Shown one piece after another: positions 1-13,199 of a stretch of 64,000 nucleotides of DNA. The stretch is taken from positions 47,738 through 111,737 of the forward strand of contig NW_003314446.1 of the NCBI RefSeq assembly GCF_000143415.4. Reading direction: 5' to 3'. This DNA is from Selaginella moellendorffii (lineage: Eukaryota > Plantae > Lycopodiophyta). Position 1 is the stretch's first letter. Each line of letters begins with the position of its first letter. The translations under genes were made by a program, and so were the position numbers. The notes beneath the pieces were generated by a model, which worked only from the letters and a program-made list of their open reading frames with translations, ran no database searches and had not been told where the DNA came from.

Positions 1-119
1 GAAATAAGTTGCATATAACTTTTCACTACCTAAATGTCTAATCAGAAAAATTAGGGATCCTCTAATACCATGATGGATGGAAAAATTAAAACAAAAGACA
101 ATGTTGTAAGCAACTAAAA

Positions 120-620
120 AAAATGATTTAAAAGACAATTTATATGAGTTCAAATATAAAGAGAAAGAGCCCATGAAAAATGGTGAACCCCTTTTCAATT
201 GGTTAAATTGTCCTTGAGTTTGAGTAGGTATTGAGATAAGTGACCTCCTGGGAAGTCCAAATTCAGAAGTTATATTTAGTATCAAAGAAGTCTCAAGTTT
301 GACTCTATTACTTAAATAAAGGAATCATACCACATGTTAAAATTGATATTTGGTAGTCTAGTTTTTTTCGATTAGGCTCGACCTAAGGGGTAAGATGTCA
401 AGAGAGTAGGGCTCTTAGGAGAGTTACGACTTTTAACTTCTATTCACGAGGGTGTAAATTTGTAGGGAAGCGTGGTGGATTGTAAACTAATAAAGAAAAT
501 AACTCGAGATATGATCTATAAAGTTCAAATATGAAAAAAAAAAGGTCAAAGAATCTTTTTTTCAATTGATTAAGGGTTTTGGGATATTTAGGGTTAAGTG
601 TCCTTAAGTTTAGTAATACT
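120..620. repeat. Degenerate repeat; related copies at ~140-260 and ~510-620, and an inverted copy at ~4090-4230
   Basis: AAAGTTCAAATAT...TTTTCAATTG.TTAAG...TTAGGGTTAAGTGTC at ~520-605 is the approximate reverse complement of GACACTTAACCCTAAG...ATATTTGAACTTTA at ~4110-4203. Confidence 0.5.
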
Positions 621-2551
621 AGGTTAGATGACCTCCTAGACTACATCTAATTTTACCATTGGGATTGGAAGTTTGCATCTATTATGATTAAGAATATTAA
701 AAAATTCTGAATAAAATAAAATAAGATTAAGACTAAATAGTTTGCCCCAGTTTTTAGGTTTGCCTTAAAAGATTATAGATTAGAATAGAAGCTGAGATCC
801 ACCCACTAAGATCCTGACACACGGTAGCGATCGGCATTGCTTGCCCACATAGCCACTATACAACTAGAGCTATATAACCAGATCTAGACCATGGCATTTC
901 TCCTCTTCAGTGATGCTGCAATGGTGCATTCCATTAGGTGCTCAAGTATTGTTCCATGCTACAATGGCAGCATTGATCTTCTGCTACCGGTAGGCCTCTG
1001 ATTGAAATGTTGACTGGCTTCCCTTGTTTTCAATTGAAATATCCCCTTTCCTCTTGATCTGTGGCTCTTGGCTCAAACTATAGAGTGATTTCCTTGTTTG
1101 TCCTCCTGATCTTTGCTTCCCGCTCAAAATATCAACTCACCCCTTGTTTCTTGTCCATGGCAAGCATGCCTCCATCTTTGGCTCCAAGTAAGCAATTTCT
1201 TCCTCTCTCAAAACTGAAGTTGCCATCTTTTTAATGGGGTGACACTGTGCTTTGTACTTGGCCACTTGGATCTCATGAGGAAAAGAGTATATCACCTCAA
1301 TACTCCCTCTCACTCAAACATCATGAGAGCCTACACATCTAGAACTACCATAGTTTGTTGCCTCTTGATCTATCTCATGCCTCTCAAGATCTCCCTCTCA
1401 GGCAAACTTTCTAAAGAGTCTTCCATCTATCTTGGATCAAGATTTGATCCAATCTAGAGCCATAACAACTCTCTAAACCAGTGAACACACATAGTGCCAT
1501 CCAATGCCTCTGCTCAAGCACCTCTAGCTAGTGCCTCCAGCCCGCTGTAGCATTTAAGTTGTGCACAGCCTCTAATCCAAATGTCGGAATCACCTAGATA
1601 AGCAAAGCACTAGACACCTCCACCAAACACTCAGCTTAGTGCTGCGCCCTGAGAACCTCGGCTCACCCTGAGTGCTTTACTAACCAGACGCTAGTAGCAT
1701 ATAGTGCCCAATAGTGCTCCACAGCACCCCTAGCGTCTCTCTGGCCATCTTCTCTATGAGCAGTGCCCAGCCTCAACACTCCACAAGCCTCACTGCTCTC
1801 TGCATTACCTCCAGATAGCACACCCAATGCCCAATACCATGCATGCATTGCCTCAGCCTACCAACAGCATCTAGCATTTGCCGGTGTCTGGTGCTCTGCA
1901 TGCCATTACTACATCATGCTTTATCATTGAAGCCACAACACAGATATTTGGTTTTGCTTCCTGAGCAATAGATTTCTAAATTTAAAAGAGGCTTTTGCAA
2001 TGGTCCTAGAGCTAACTGTTCTGAAGGCCACCTTCTTACCCTGGAATCAATCTGTGATGCTCAAAGATTGGAGCCACTATAACCTGATCTGATTCGTCCA
2101 TCAGCTTTGGGACAACAACACTAGTCTATTCTCGCTTACTCATCAGTTAGGGCAAGAGTTGAGATCACTAAGCCCTATTAGAAGAAGGATTGCCATGTGG
2201 TTTACATCCTATCCAGTGTGAGGATCAGAATACAAAGAGAAAAGTTAAACATTAGTACTATTTTGAATTCAAATTTGAATGATTGGAGAGAAAGAAACTG
2301 GATAGGATGAAGAAGTTTTTTCTTGCAGCTCTCATGTTCTATTACTAGGATTATAGTTGATATGAAATGATTTTTGAATGCCATGATATTTTTTGTGGAT
2401 TGTCACTATTGAAATTATTTGTTTACCATGAGAATCAATTTCTTGTACAAGAACCTTATACTTCTATTGATAATCATCCAGCATGCTGTTTAATAGAAAA
2501 CAAAACAATTATATTTCTAACAGCTTATTGATTTATAAAACATTTTTCTGA

Positions 2552-3035
2552 CTAAAGATTGCATTTATCTCCAATATATGATAAATTATCTTTTTCAATC
2601 CAAGTTCCTATGTCAAAATGTGTTGCAAAATCAATTGATGAACTTGATACATCAACCCAATCAATATACCATCCAGCATGGGCTCCAGAATTATCATGTG
2701 ATATAATTATTTTGCAGATTTTATCATATTCTGAAAGACATAGACCTTTTATATGAAATACATCTGTATTACAACGTTCAAAGTCATCATGATTTTTATT
2801 GTCTAAATTACTATAACGAACAACCACTCCAGACAATGAAAACAATATAATCTCCACATTTGCATCAGTACCTGCTAAGTAAACACACCCAGTTTTAATT
2901 GTAATGGTATAATCACACTAAGAACAACAAAAAAGTTGATTTTTTTAGTAAAATTTAATATAAACTTACCAGCTCTTGATAAGATTTTTCAAAATAAGAA
3001 AATAAATATAAAACTAGAAATATTATTATCTTCAT
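2552..3035 (-). CDS. Secreted PLAT/LH2-domain protein, 143 aa, 2 exons (3035-2970, 2917-2552)
   Basis: Exon 1 MKIIIFLVLYLFSYFEKSYQEL is signal-peptide-like; 52-nt GT-AG intron 2969-2918; exon 2 has plant PLAT motifs CDYTITIKTG..AGTDANV, FERCNTDVF, HDNSGAHAGWY.DWV, F....W; frame is open. Confidence 0.85.
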
Positions 3036-3361
3036 TATAAATACTTCTAAATAAAGCACTCTTAATTAATATTTTTTCTTACTTAGGTTTTATAGCTAAC
3101 ACTTCTAAAAGTTATTACATTGTATTTTTCACTATGACTTTGTTTTATTCATCATAAATATCAAGTAATACATTTTTTACTATATAAACTTTTAAAAAAA
3201 ATTAGTAATAAAAAATTAAAAAGTTTAATTTTTAGGAAAGAATTGTCTAGACGACAGTAAGTTATATATAAAAATTCTTATAACTTTGAAATACTTTAAT
3301 TCATATTTATATATTTTAAATTTTATAATACTATTATGAAAACTATATATACATGTACATG

Positions 3362-3368
<7 letters not shown>

Positions 3369-3415
<47 letters not shown>
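3369..3415. repeat. (AT)n microsatellite
   Basis: Direct reading. Confidence 0.95.
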
Positions 3416-3419
<4 letters not shown>

Positions 3420-3489
3420 TTTTCTTGTGATTTGTGAAAACATTTATTACTCAGAAGATTATATTCTACATGAATATAATAAAAATGTG

Positions 3490-4800
3490 ATGTACAACTA
3501 CAATGTTGTATACTTTTATTAGCATAGTGAGATTTTGGTAGTGATCAGATTAATTTTAATCCAAACCACTCACTCCTGTATGTAAGCTAAGGTTTTTGGG
3601 TTAATTCAAATATGTAAATTTTGTATTCCATGCATTCATATTGGTGGAGATAAGGGGCAACTCTGATTGTCCTTAAGAAGTGCTTAGATTTGTGCTTTTT
3701 GTGTAAATATAACTTTTATACTATCTAAATCTCTCTTATTTTTGTAGTTTTTCCATTTGTTTTGTTTTGTTTTGTTTTCCTTCTTTTTGTTTATCTTTAT
3801 GGCATAACAACATACACCTCTTTTGTAGGAGCCTCCTCTTCTTGTAACTCTGGAACAACAATTGTTGCAATTGCTCATATAATGCTGTAGCTACTTAATT
3901 AAAATTAATGGCAGCTTTCATAGCATATAGTGCACTCTTGCTACTAATCCTCATGTTCAGCCAAAAATCCAATCAACAACTCTATCTTTGTTCCCCTTCC
4001 TCCTTATGAGAGATATTCCTATTTTTATGGAGATTGACACTATTACTATATAAATTCCTGAATTTAAACTTTTTGAGAGGTTATTCAACCTAATACTATT
4101 TAAACCCAAAGACACTTAACCCTAAGTATCCTAAGACTCTTGACCAATTAAAGAATGGGGTGCATTTTATCTATGGGCCCTTTCTTTCTATATTTGAACT
4201 TTATGAATTATTTTTCAAGTCGTTCTCTTTGGTTGATTACATATTGTTTATGTTCAAAGACAAGGGCAAGGATGTGGTTGTGATGTTCACTATTAAGTAT
4301 ATGATAAGATTAACCACACATATCAGTATTGTCTATATTTCCCAGATTGGTATTTTCAATTTCCTAGATGGAGGCTTTGACATCAACAATATCCTGTTGG
4401 TGTTGCTATTGTGAAAAGTTTTGACATATAAATTCTTTTGGGAAACAAGGAGGTGCACAAATAGTAAAGTGTCTTCTCTTCATCTTTCTTTCAGAAATAT
4501 TATCAAGAGGTTCATTAACATTAGTTCATCTAATGCTCACTTTCCAAAATTATTTTTATAATAAGAGGTTTTTTATTATCCTCTTTATATTGGTGGATAT
4601 ATAGTCTTCATTCTCTATAGCAACGGCCTTACACACACGTATATGTGAGATGAAGTGGACTTAGTTGTGAGTGTGAAGGATCTTGAGTTTGAGCTTCAAT
4701 CATAATAAGTGGTGTCGAGTCAAAAATTTGACTTCATCTTTGGTATAGATTGATTGTAGTGCAATTATATTATGTGTGACTTTGAGGCTTCTCCCCTTTT
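3490..4800 (+). mobile_element. Truncated, decayed Ty3/gypsy 5' end (LTR remnant, tRNA-Ala-type PBS at 3642-3657, gag/protease remnants)
   Basis: 3500-3960 resembles 5290-5740; 4240-4800 resembles 6280-6925; TGGTGGAGATAAGGGG follows the LTR-like segment. Confidence 0.6.
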
Positions 4801-4959
4801 TTTACATGAATATAATAAAAATGTATTCTATAAGGTCCAAATGTGTAGCTATAATACTGTATACTATTGTTAGCATAGTGAGATTTTGGTAGCTATCAAA
4901 TTAATTTCAATTTGAATCACTCATTCTTATATATAAGCTCCTGTAAAAATAAAAAAGGT

Positions 4960-5215
4960 TATTTTCTAAGTGTACTTTAATATGAATTTAATATTTTTCA
5001 AAATAAAAATAAATACAAAACTAGAAATATTATTATCTTCATTATAAATAGTTCTAATCAAAGCATTATAAATATTTTTTTAATAGATGTTTTAGCTAAC
5101 ACTTCAAAAAGTTATTTCATTGTATTTGTCACTATGAATTTGATTATTCATCAAAAATATCAAGTGATACTTAAAAAAAAAATTACTATATAAAGTTTAG
5201 TAATAAAAAACTTAA
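4960..5215 (-). pseudogene. Duplicate of PLAT gene exon 1 and its upstream region, without exon 2
   Basis: Near copy of ~2985-3220; ATG at 5042 reads MKIIIFLVLYL; splice donor and exon 2 are absent. Confidence 0.7.
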
Positions 5216-8036
5216 AAACATATACTCTTGTTAAGTCTAAATATATAACTAAAATGCTATATAGTAATATTAACAACCGTACACTAAGATTAATGTACTG
5301 AGATTTTGATAGCCATTGGATTGGTTTCAATTTAGTCCACTTGCTCTTATATATAAGCTAATGTTTTTTGGGTTGATTGATATGTATATTTTTGTATTTC
5401 CTTTCCATATTCTATGTATTCATATTTGTGGAGATGAGAAGCACCTTTGATTATCCTTGATGAGTGCTTAGATTTGGAATTTTTGTTTAGATCTAGCTTT
5501 TATATTATTTAATCTCACTTTCTTTATAGCTCTTCCAATTTCTTCTCTTTTGTTTTATCTCCTTTTTATTCATCTTTATGAGAAAGCAACACCCTCCTCC
5601 CCCTTTGACTTTGGAGTAACAATTGGTGTAATTCCTCAATGTTATGCAGTTGTAGTTGAACAATCACACTCAGTTAATAGTGGCATTCATGGCATGTGAT
5701 ATAACTCTTTCTGCTCTTGCTGCCAATCCTTGTGTTTAGCTAGAGTTTTTTTGTGGAAATCTTGGGGATGATATGTATCATTGGTTCAATCACTTTATAG
5801 TGATTATTACCTATCATTTTTGGGATAATGCTTAGTATTTGCATGAGTTTCCCATATGCCTCAAAGGGACAATGTTGCAATATACAATGGTTTAAATGCA
5901 ACCACTCGTGCAGATTAGAGCATTCTCCTAGATGTTTTCAAATATGCATTTAAACATGCTGACAATTGTGATGATACCTTCCAATAATTGCATCATCTTC
6001 ATTAATAGCCAATTGAGTGAGTGATGCAATTTTGCATTCACTTCCAAAGCCTCTTGCTTCATGTGGAGCCAAATGTGTCAGAGCAGATTAAGCTAGAAAT
6101 GTTATGACAAGCACTTTGTTAAGATCTTGTAAAACTTGTGCATGCACTTGCTCCAGCCACCCTTGACGATGCTCTTTAATTGGCACAATATTATAAGATA
6201 TATCCTTTTCCACTTCTTGTTGCACATCTCTAAGCTCTATTTCCTATGGGAAATGGTCCTATTTTGATGGAAGTTGATGTTGTTGTTGTTCATATTCAAG
6301 GACAAAGGCAAGGACATAGTCGTGGCCATGATATTTGCTACTAAACATATGATGAGGTTAGCCACACATATTGACATTGTTAGCATTTTTCGAATTAGCA
6401 TCCTCCAATTCCTAGGTGGAGGCTTCGGCGCCAACAATGTCCTATTAGTGTTGCTATGGTGGAAGGTCTAAACACTGAGATTCTTCTAGAAAATGAAGAG
6501 TTATGCGAGTAATGAAAGGTCTTTGCATGAATAAATCAGGGACTTCTGCATCCTTCTTTCGAGAATATCATCAAGGGGTTCACTCACACCAATTCATTTA
6601 GCGTTTACTTTCCAAGTTTGTTTTAATAACAAAAGATTTTCTATTATTCTCTTTGTATTGGTTGATATAGGCTAAAGTTTATCTTTTATTAATCAGCTTA
6701 TTGCCACATGTTGCCATCTACATAATAGAGCCAATTTTCATTTTTTATGGCAATGGCTATATATATGCATATGCACAAGATGAGGTAAACTTTATTGTGC
6801 ATGTGGGTGATATCAAGCTTGAGCTTTAGTCATTGCAAGTGGTGCCAAGTCAAACTTTCGACCTCATCCTTAATATAGATTGGTTGGTGCAATTATGTGA
6901 TGTGTAACTTTGAGGCTTCTCCCTATATTTCTTTCATTCCTCTTATTTTTGTTCCTCTTTGTTCCTTTATTTCCATCACTTTTGTCTCTTTATTACTTTC
7001 TCTTATGTTTCCATCTTGCTATTTTATTCCCTCTTTAGATCTATCTAACAATCTTTTTGTTGCAACAATTGATCGTCTTATGAAGGAGTATATTAATTTT
7101 TTTGAATTTGACCTATTATCTGGGGCCAAGATTGCAATATGACATCCTATTTTAATTGGGGATGCCTATCCAATCAAGGTTCTTATTTGTTGTCAGTCAT
7201 CAAAGGAAATTAAGATTTCATACACAAAAAAAAAAAAAATGTTGGAGAAAAGTGTTATTTGAAAGTTGCAGAGTCCTTGGGTATATGAATTTCATCTTGT
7301 CATAAAGCTTGATAGGAGTATTCACTTCTACATCAACTATCAGTCATTAAACAAAGTTATTATCCCAAATGTATATCATCTTCCTCACACTACTGATCTT
7401 CTGGATTGTTGGGGGAGAAATTGTTAATTCACCAAGTTAGATTTTACTTCTGGGTATTAAAAAGTGTTGATGCCTGAGAAAGATATTCCCAAAACTACTT
7501 TTTGTATACCATTTTGTTTGTATGAACTCTTGATGATGCCATCTTGTTTAAACAATGCTCTAGTGATTTTCTAGTAGATGGTGGACAAGGTTCTTTGTAA
7601 TATATTGGAGATGATTGTTAACTTTATTAATGATGTTTTGATCCACTTGAAGAGGATATAGGAGGAGCACATTCATGATGTGTAAAAGGTGTTAAATCAA
7701 TTATGAGAAGTTGGTATAAAGTTGAAGTGGTCGAAGTGCATATTTGGGTCCAAGAACACAACTTATCTTGGGTACTATATTTCTTGTGAGGGTTTGTAAA
7801 TTGATTCTGACAAATTTGTAGCCATTCAAAAATTCTGTACTCCAAAGTGTGTAAATGATATGCAACACTTTTTAGGCAAGGTGTAATATCTCAGTCATTT
7901 TGTTGATCATCTTTTTTTATCACACTACACAATTGCAAGCGTTGTTAAAGTTATTAACATCGTCTTTCATCTTATTTAAGGACTACAAATAGGCATTTAT
8001 GGATCTCAAAGAGTTGTTGAAGACTCATCAAGTTTT

Positions 8037-8520
8037 TGTAACACACCCTATCTCTTTCTTCTTAAGCTAATTAGAAAAGGGACAATTGTTTGATAAAAGA
8101 GCCCTTAGTGGCTATTTATCCCCCAAAGTTCCAAGGATCCATAGTGATAGTATATTTAAATCTCATTCCATAATCATATATATTATATTCATCCCCCCTT
8201 TTAGAGATGTTAATGTCTTCATTGACTATTGACTAATAACCCCTACTTAGCCAAGGGGAACCAACACCACATTAAATTTATCAATCCTTCTATTATGTAG
8301 ATTAGTTATTCCATGTGAGGCAACTAATCATTCATCTATACTGCAATCCCATGGTGGATACCTTCTTCCATAAATGCCCCATAAAAAGGATATACATATG
8401 AATACTCAATATATATGATTTCAAATTTTAGGGTAAAAATATATCTTACGTATATTATATTTTAAGTAGCCATTAATAAATGGGAATCAAACCCATTCCA
8501 TTTGCTCTGATACCACATAT
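8037..8520 (-). mobile_element. Small antisense LTR-type insertion (TRIM-like remnant) inside the gypsy pol
   Basis: Minus strand shows Met-type PBS TGGTATCAGAGC (~8515-8504), purine tract AAAGGGGGGATG (~8200-8189) and an end ...GGGTGTGTTACA at 8037; a matching 5' LTR was not clearly found. Confidence 0.4.
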
Positions 8521-8874
8521 AGGACCTCCTTTATTTTATTGGGACTAATTTATATAATCATTTACAGCTAGTGGTACCTTCGATATTTATTCCACACTTT
8601 CTCCATACTTATTATAACTCTCCTGTTTTAAATGAGCATATGGGATATTGGTATGTGACTAAGAAGCAACACAAGTCTTCCTATTAGCTAAGGATGCAAC
8701 GTGATATTATCTTATATGTGCATAGTTGTGTTTGATGCTAAGCCCATCATATTTTTCCTTGTGTTGCGGAAGGATGGTTGCAGTCAATTGCAGTTAAAAG
8801 ATGGTTGTCCATTTGAGTTAGTGGCATTTGATTTGATAGAGCCTTTTCCACAGTCAATTGTTAGCAATGAGTAT

Positions 8875-10450
8875 TGTGAGACACAAAATCCCTAGGCCCC
8901 AAAGGAGAGCCGAAAGGGTGCCACGTGGTAGTGGCAGAGGCAAAAGCTAAATAAGCGTAACACATTTGGACTAAAAGCTCCAACTTGAAAATTTGAGAGC
9001 GGGAGTGAAACTCCCAACGAAGGGCTCGAAGAACGAGCATGAAGCGAGCAAAAAATGAGTCTCTAAAAAAGGGACACAAGAGGACCAACATATGACATGT
9101 GGAAATGTTTGAGATGGAGTCCAAGATGAACCCGAAATGGAGTCCGAGATGGAGTCCAAAATAGACCCGAGATGGAGTCCAAGATGGAGTCCGAGATGAA
9201 CCCGAGATGGAACCTGACATGGAGTCCGAGATGGAGTCTGAGATGGACCCGAGATAGACCCGAGATGGAGTCCGAGATGGACCCGAGATGGAGTCCGAGA
9301 TGGATCTGAGATGGAGACACGAGATGGAATTGAGACCAAGACCAAAACCGAGTCTGAGTCCGAAACTGGGACCAAGACTGAGACCGAGTCCGAGTTTAAG
9401 TTCAAGTTCAAGTCCGAGTTCGAGTCCAAACACTAATACAGACTGTTGGGTGAAAGCTCAAAGCAATTGTCCCCCAGGGGGGGCTGCAGAGGGTTCCAAA
9501 AGTATAGTAGGGAGAGTGTGCGGGTTAGAGCCCAATGGAGCCAATTTGGCCAGGAAAGGTTAGTGTGGCTTAGGAAGGCTATACTCAGGTGTTGGGTGAT
9601 GAACTGACCACTAGGAAGTCCAAGACTAAAGTGAATATGAACCAACAAGCGGAGTAACTTGGTGAAGTGTTCAAGAGCCGGCTCTAGTTCCCCCGGGAGA
9701 TCAAATGGTCGATGCTCCCAGTCCAAGCGTGGGTGGCATTACCTACTTGGATACCTGGTGTGGCTGAACGGAACCTCGCTCTAAGCCTATGTCTAGAGCA
9801 CCCAAAGGCAGAAGGTGGGGAGAGTACCCATGAGGCTCAGATAGGGCCACGGTGTTCCGAAATGTTGTCCCAAAGTCCTAGATTATGAAAAAGAAGAGGA
9901 ATGGTCCTCTAGTGTAGTGACCAAGGATACAGTCATGTAGTGAGGAAGTCCCAGAGGACCATGAGACTTGGTGGTCAGGCCTGTGGGCCTTGTCCCAGTG
10001 GTAGTGTTGGCGAACACAGCCATGGACAGAAAAGGAACTTGGTAGGCACTGTAAAAGGGATATTGGGGAAGGTTGTTCCCCATGTTTGCGGGCATTTTAA
10101 GGATGTTAAGGAGTGGATCTAGGATGGTCACTCATGGATGGATGGCTCAGTCTTTAAGAGATGGGACTGCAATGCAAGTGGTGTTGGACCACCGGTGTGA
10201 CCAAGGTGAATGGGCATGGCCTTAGTATAATGGGCTAGTATGTTGGTGGTACCTTGGGGTGTCGGTTATGGGATTGGACACATGGAACACTTGGACCAAG
10301 TGCAAAGGTTGAGTGGCATAGATGCCATCCTCGGGGCTAGCAAGCCTCAAATCCTAAATTGGACTCATGGAGGTTATGAATGAGACTCCTCCAAGTGGTT
10401 GGAGATGTGGTTAAGTGACTAAAGTAGAATGGAAAAATTAGTCGCTTACA
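8875..10450 (+). mobile_element. Solo LTR (1576 bp), same family as the 35934-43033 element, with 5-bp TSD AGTAT
   Basis: TG...CA ends; AGTAT at 8870-8874 and 10451-10455; the host integrase sequence resumes after it; colinear with LTRs at 35934 and 41389. Confidence 0.93.
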
Positions 10451-13199
10451 AGTATATCATTATTGCTTCCAACTACTTAACTTGCTTGGTAGAAATTGAT
10501 ACTCTTACTAGTGTGTCAGCGATTACTGTTAAGTACTTTCTCCTCAATTGAATGGTATTCTAACATTCTTGTCCAAAGTGGATTCTCTCGGATAATGGTC
10601 TTGCATTTATAGCTGAAGTATTTCACATTTTAACATCTCAATTAAGGATATACCACAGTTTCAGAAGTGTTTATCATCCACAAATAAATGGTTTAGTGGA
10701 ATAGCTCATTTGAACTTTCAAAGGGATGATTGTGAAGTATATGAACTTTCAACATTCAAATTAGAACAGTTATTTACTGTTTTGTTGGTATGCATATGTC
10801 ACAGAGGTATAAAGTTTTGTTAGTGCTTCACCATATAAACTCTTATATGGTCATGATTTAATACTGCCAATAGAGTTGAGTTTACATTTACAACTGTCAT
10901 GAGCTGCCGATATTAAGTTCTAGGATTAGTATTTCACAAGCATTCTTCCACTTATCTGAGCAAAGTCTATTGAACACTTGGGCCGTGTACAAGTGGGACA
11001 AAAAAGGTGTTATAACTTCTATTATCGTCTATTTGCAAAGCACAAAATAGATGATTTAGTGTTAGTTAATTTTCCCAATTTTACGATACATGGTTTGTCT
11101 AAGGGGCTCCTTAGTGGAAGGGATTGTATCTTGTGGCAAGTTGAAATGAAAATTTATAAGGTTTGGCATTTTTATTAATTTTCAGATCTTAAATGTTGAA
11201 TTGTGTGATAAAGAGGTTAAGTGGTGTGAATTTTTTACTTATATTATAGTGGTTAAAGTATTTTTAGGAAATCTTATGTTTTCCAAACTTTGAGCATATA
11301 TTCTTTTTATTTCCCTATTTTTGCATTTTTAGCTACTAAAAATTTCTCTTCTAATACTTCCTTATCCACTTTTTCTTCTTCCATAATGTTTCTTTATCAA
11401 TTTTTCTAACTTTATTCTCTTTGCCTTGATACTTCAAACTTTTTTTCTTTGGAGGATATGGATGGGAATCCAGCCCCGATGATTGAGTGAGGATGACTAG
11501 CTACAATAGTGGAGCAAAGATAAATTATATAAATTGTGAAGTGAGGATAAACATAGTGAGTTCGAATAAAACATCTAACCCTAATATACTAAGGCCAAAC
11601 AAATGTGATAGTGGAGTGAGGCTGAATATAAATAGTAGAGAAATGATGAGCATAATAAATATAAATGGAGTTGATTTTTCAAAACCTTTTTCCCTTGAGA
11701 AGGGGATAAAGAAGATTTGAAGGACAAACAAAGTGAGTTTAACTTCCCATATACAATGCTAAACAAGGATGAAGGTTATAAATCGAAGTTAATATAGGTC
11801 TTAAATATTGACCGAAGGGAAATGCAAAGGCAAATTTTGCTCTTAGTCATAAGTTTGAGTTAAGGATGGTTTCACAGAATTATCAATAGATAGACTTTCT
11901 AGATGGGATGTATCATTTGCTACAATGGCATTTTATGGACTACAGTGGTTCTCAAAGTCTCTTGTTTTGGTTCAAAATTATGACTTCAGATTGGTTTGAG
12001 TATTTGGCAGTTGCATACAGAGTTGTAACTAGCTCATTATGATTCTGTAATCAATTGATATTTAAACCATGGTTTTGGGTTTTATTTCAGTTATAGTTGT
12101 TAACAACTAATTCTATGAGAACTTTAAGTTCTTATAGCAGTTTATAATCAACTAACAAAAGCTTCAAATATTCTACTTGACTTATCATTGTTATCATTCT
12201 TATTTTATCTTCCAGAGGGGAAGATAGTGTAAGGTCTATAAATACATGTATTACCTTATATAGTTAATATGTTAATTATAGTATTTTAACATATGAACCA
12301 TCTATTTGGGATTAAATTTGGTCCATTTGTTCTTATATATAAAAAAGGGTTTAAACCCTAATTAATATACCTATTCCCATGCTCACACCTCTAGTGGATT
12401 TCAGCTGATTTAGTTTTAAAAAATTCTTAAATACACATTCTTCTTAATATTTAAAAGAATTTTTATTTTGTATATTTTACAAGGAATTTACAATTTTATA
12501 AAATAATAAAATATATATTCAAAAAAAATTAGTTTGACTTTTTATTATCTTTATGTTGAATATAATCTTATGAAGTAATAAATGTATTCACAAATCACAA
12601 GAAAATAAAAATATATATATTATGATATACATCATAATTCATACTTTTCATGTCCTAAATATTTTGAAAACATATGTATTCACACTTATAAATATATATA
12701 TATAGTTAAAATTCTTACATATTTATCAGTTTTTAAAGAATAATATCAATTTTATAAAATACAATATGAGAACCTACAAAAAAATTCAGCTAAAGATTTT
12801 TTCTTAAGAAATGTAAATATTTCATTCCAGAGAAATTAATATTTGTTAAGTTTTTTCCAAACCATATTATTAATTATGTTGTTATTAAGAAAATTAGTAT
12901 ATTTTTATTGTAAATTGCAAAGATTCCTTAATGGATCTTTAATATCATTCAATATTTATAGATCATCTTAATGTATCAATAAAAAATATTTAAAGACAAA
13001 TAGTAGTTTATATATCAATATTGTGGTGGAAATTAAATCTAAATAAGTTGACAATTTTCCCATACTAATTGATTGAAAAAATTTCCAAACATCGTTCAAA
13101 ACATTCTGAATAAAAGTTCAAAACATTTTGACCTTCAAGATCAATGTAAAATGGCAGCAAAAGGTAAAACAAAACCCTCCTTTGGACGTGATTCTCCGA

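Larger units (their letters stand above)
5230..12400 (+). mobile_element. Old, heavily decayed Ty3/gypsy LTR retrotransposon (gag-PR-RT-IN) with nested insertions
   Basis: Gag-like FCGNLGDD..HWF at ~5750; protease-like FDLILNIDWL at ~6860; RT motifs SPW...LVIK.D.SIHFYINYQSLN, FTKLDFTSGY, PKTTF, MMPSCLNNA at 7270-7640; integrase PFELVAFDLIEPFP, ILSDNG, YHPQINGLVE at 8810-10700; purine tract GAGGGGAAGATAG followed by TGTAAG at ~12215-12235; many stops. Confidence 0.8.

Noticed and set aside
2090-2150. Hammerhead-like CTGATGAG on the minus strand (and CTGAAGA...GAAA at ~885-915)
   Set aside because: No proper GAAA after a stem II in the first case, and no stem I pairing in either
780-2200. Moderately GC-rich degenerate segment, possibly retroelement-derived
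   Set aside because: No diagnostic motif or terminus found
8861-9563. Low-complexity ORFs (MESEMESE, LGLGLG, RPRPRP), also at 36044-36728 and 41373-42310
   Set aside because: They are translations of the LTR minisatellite, open in several frames on both strands
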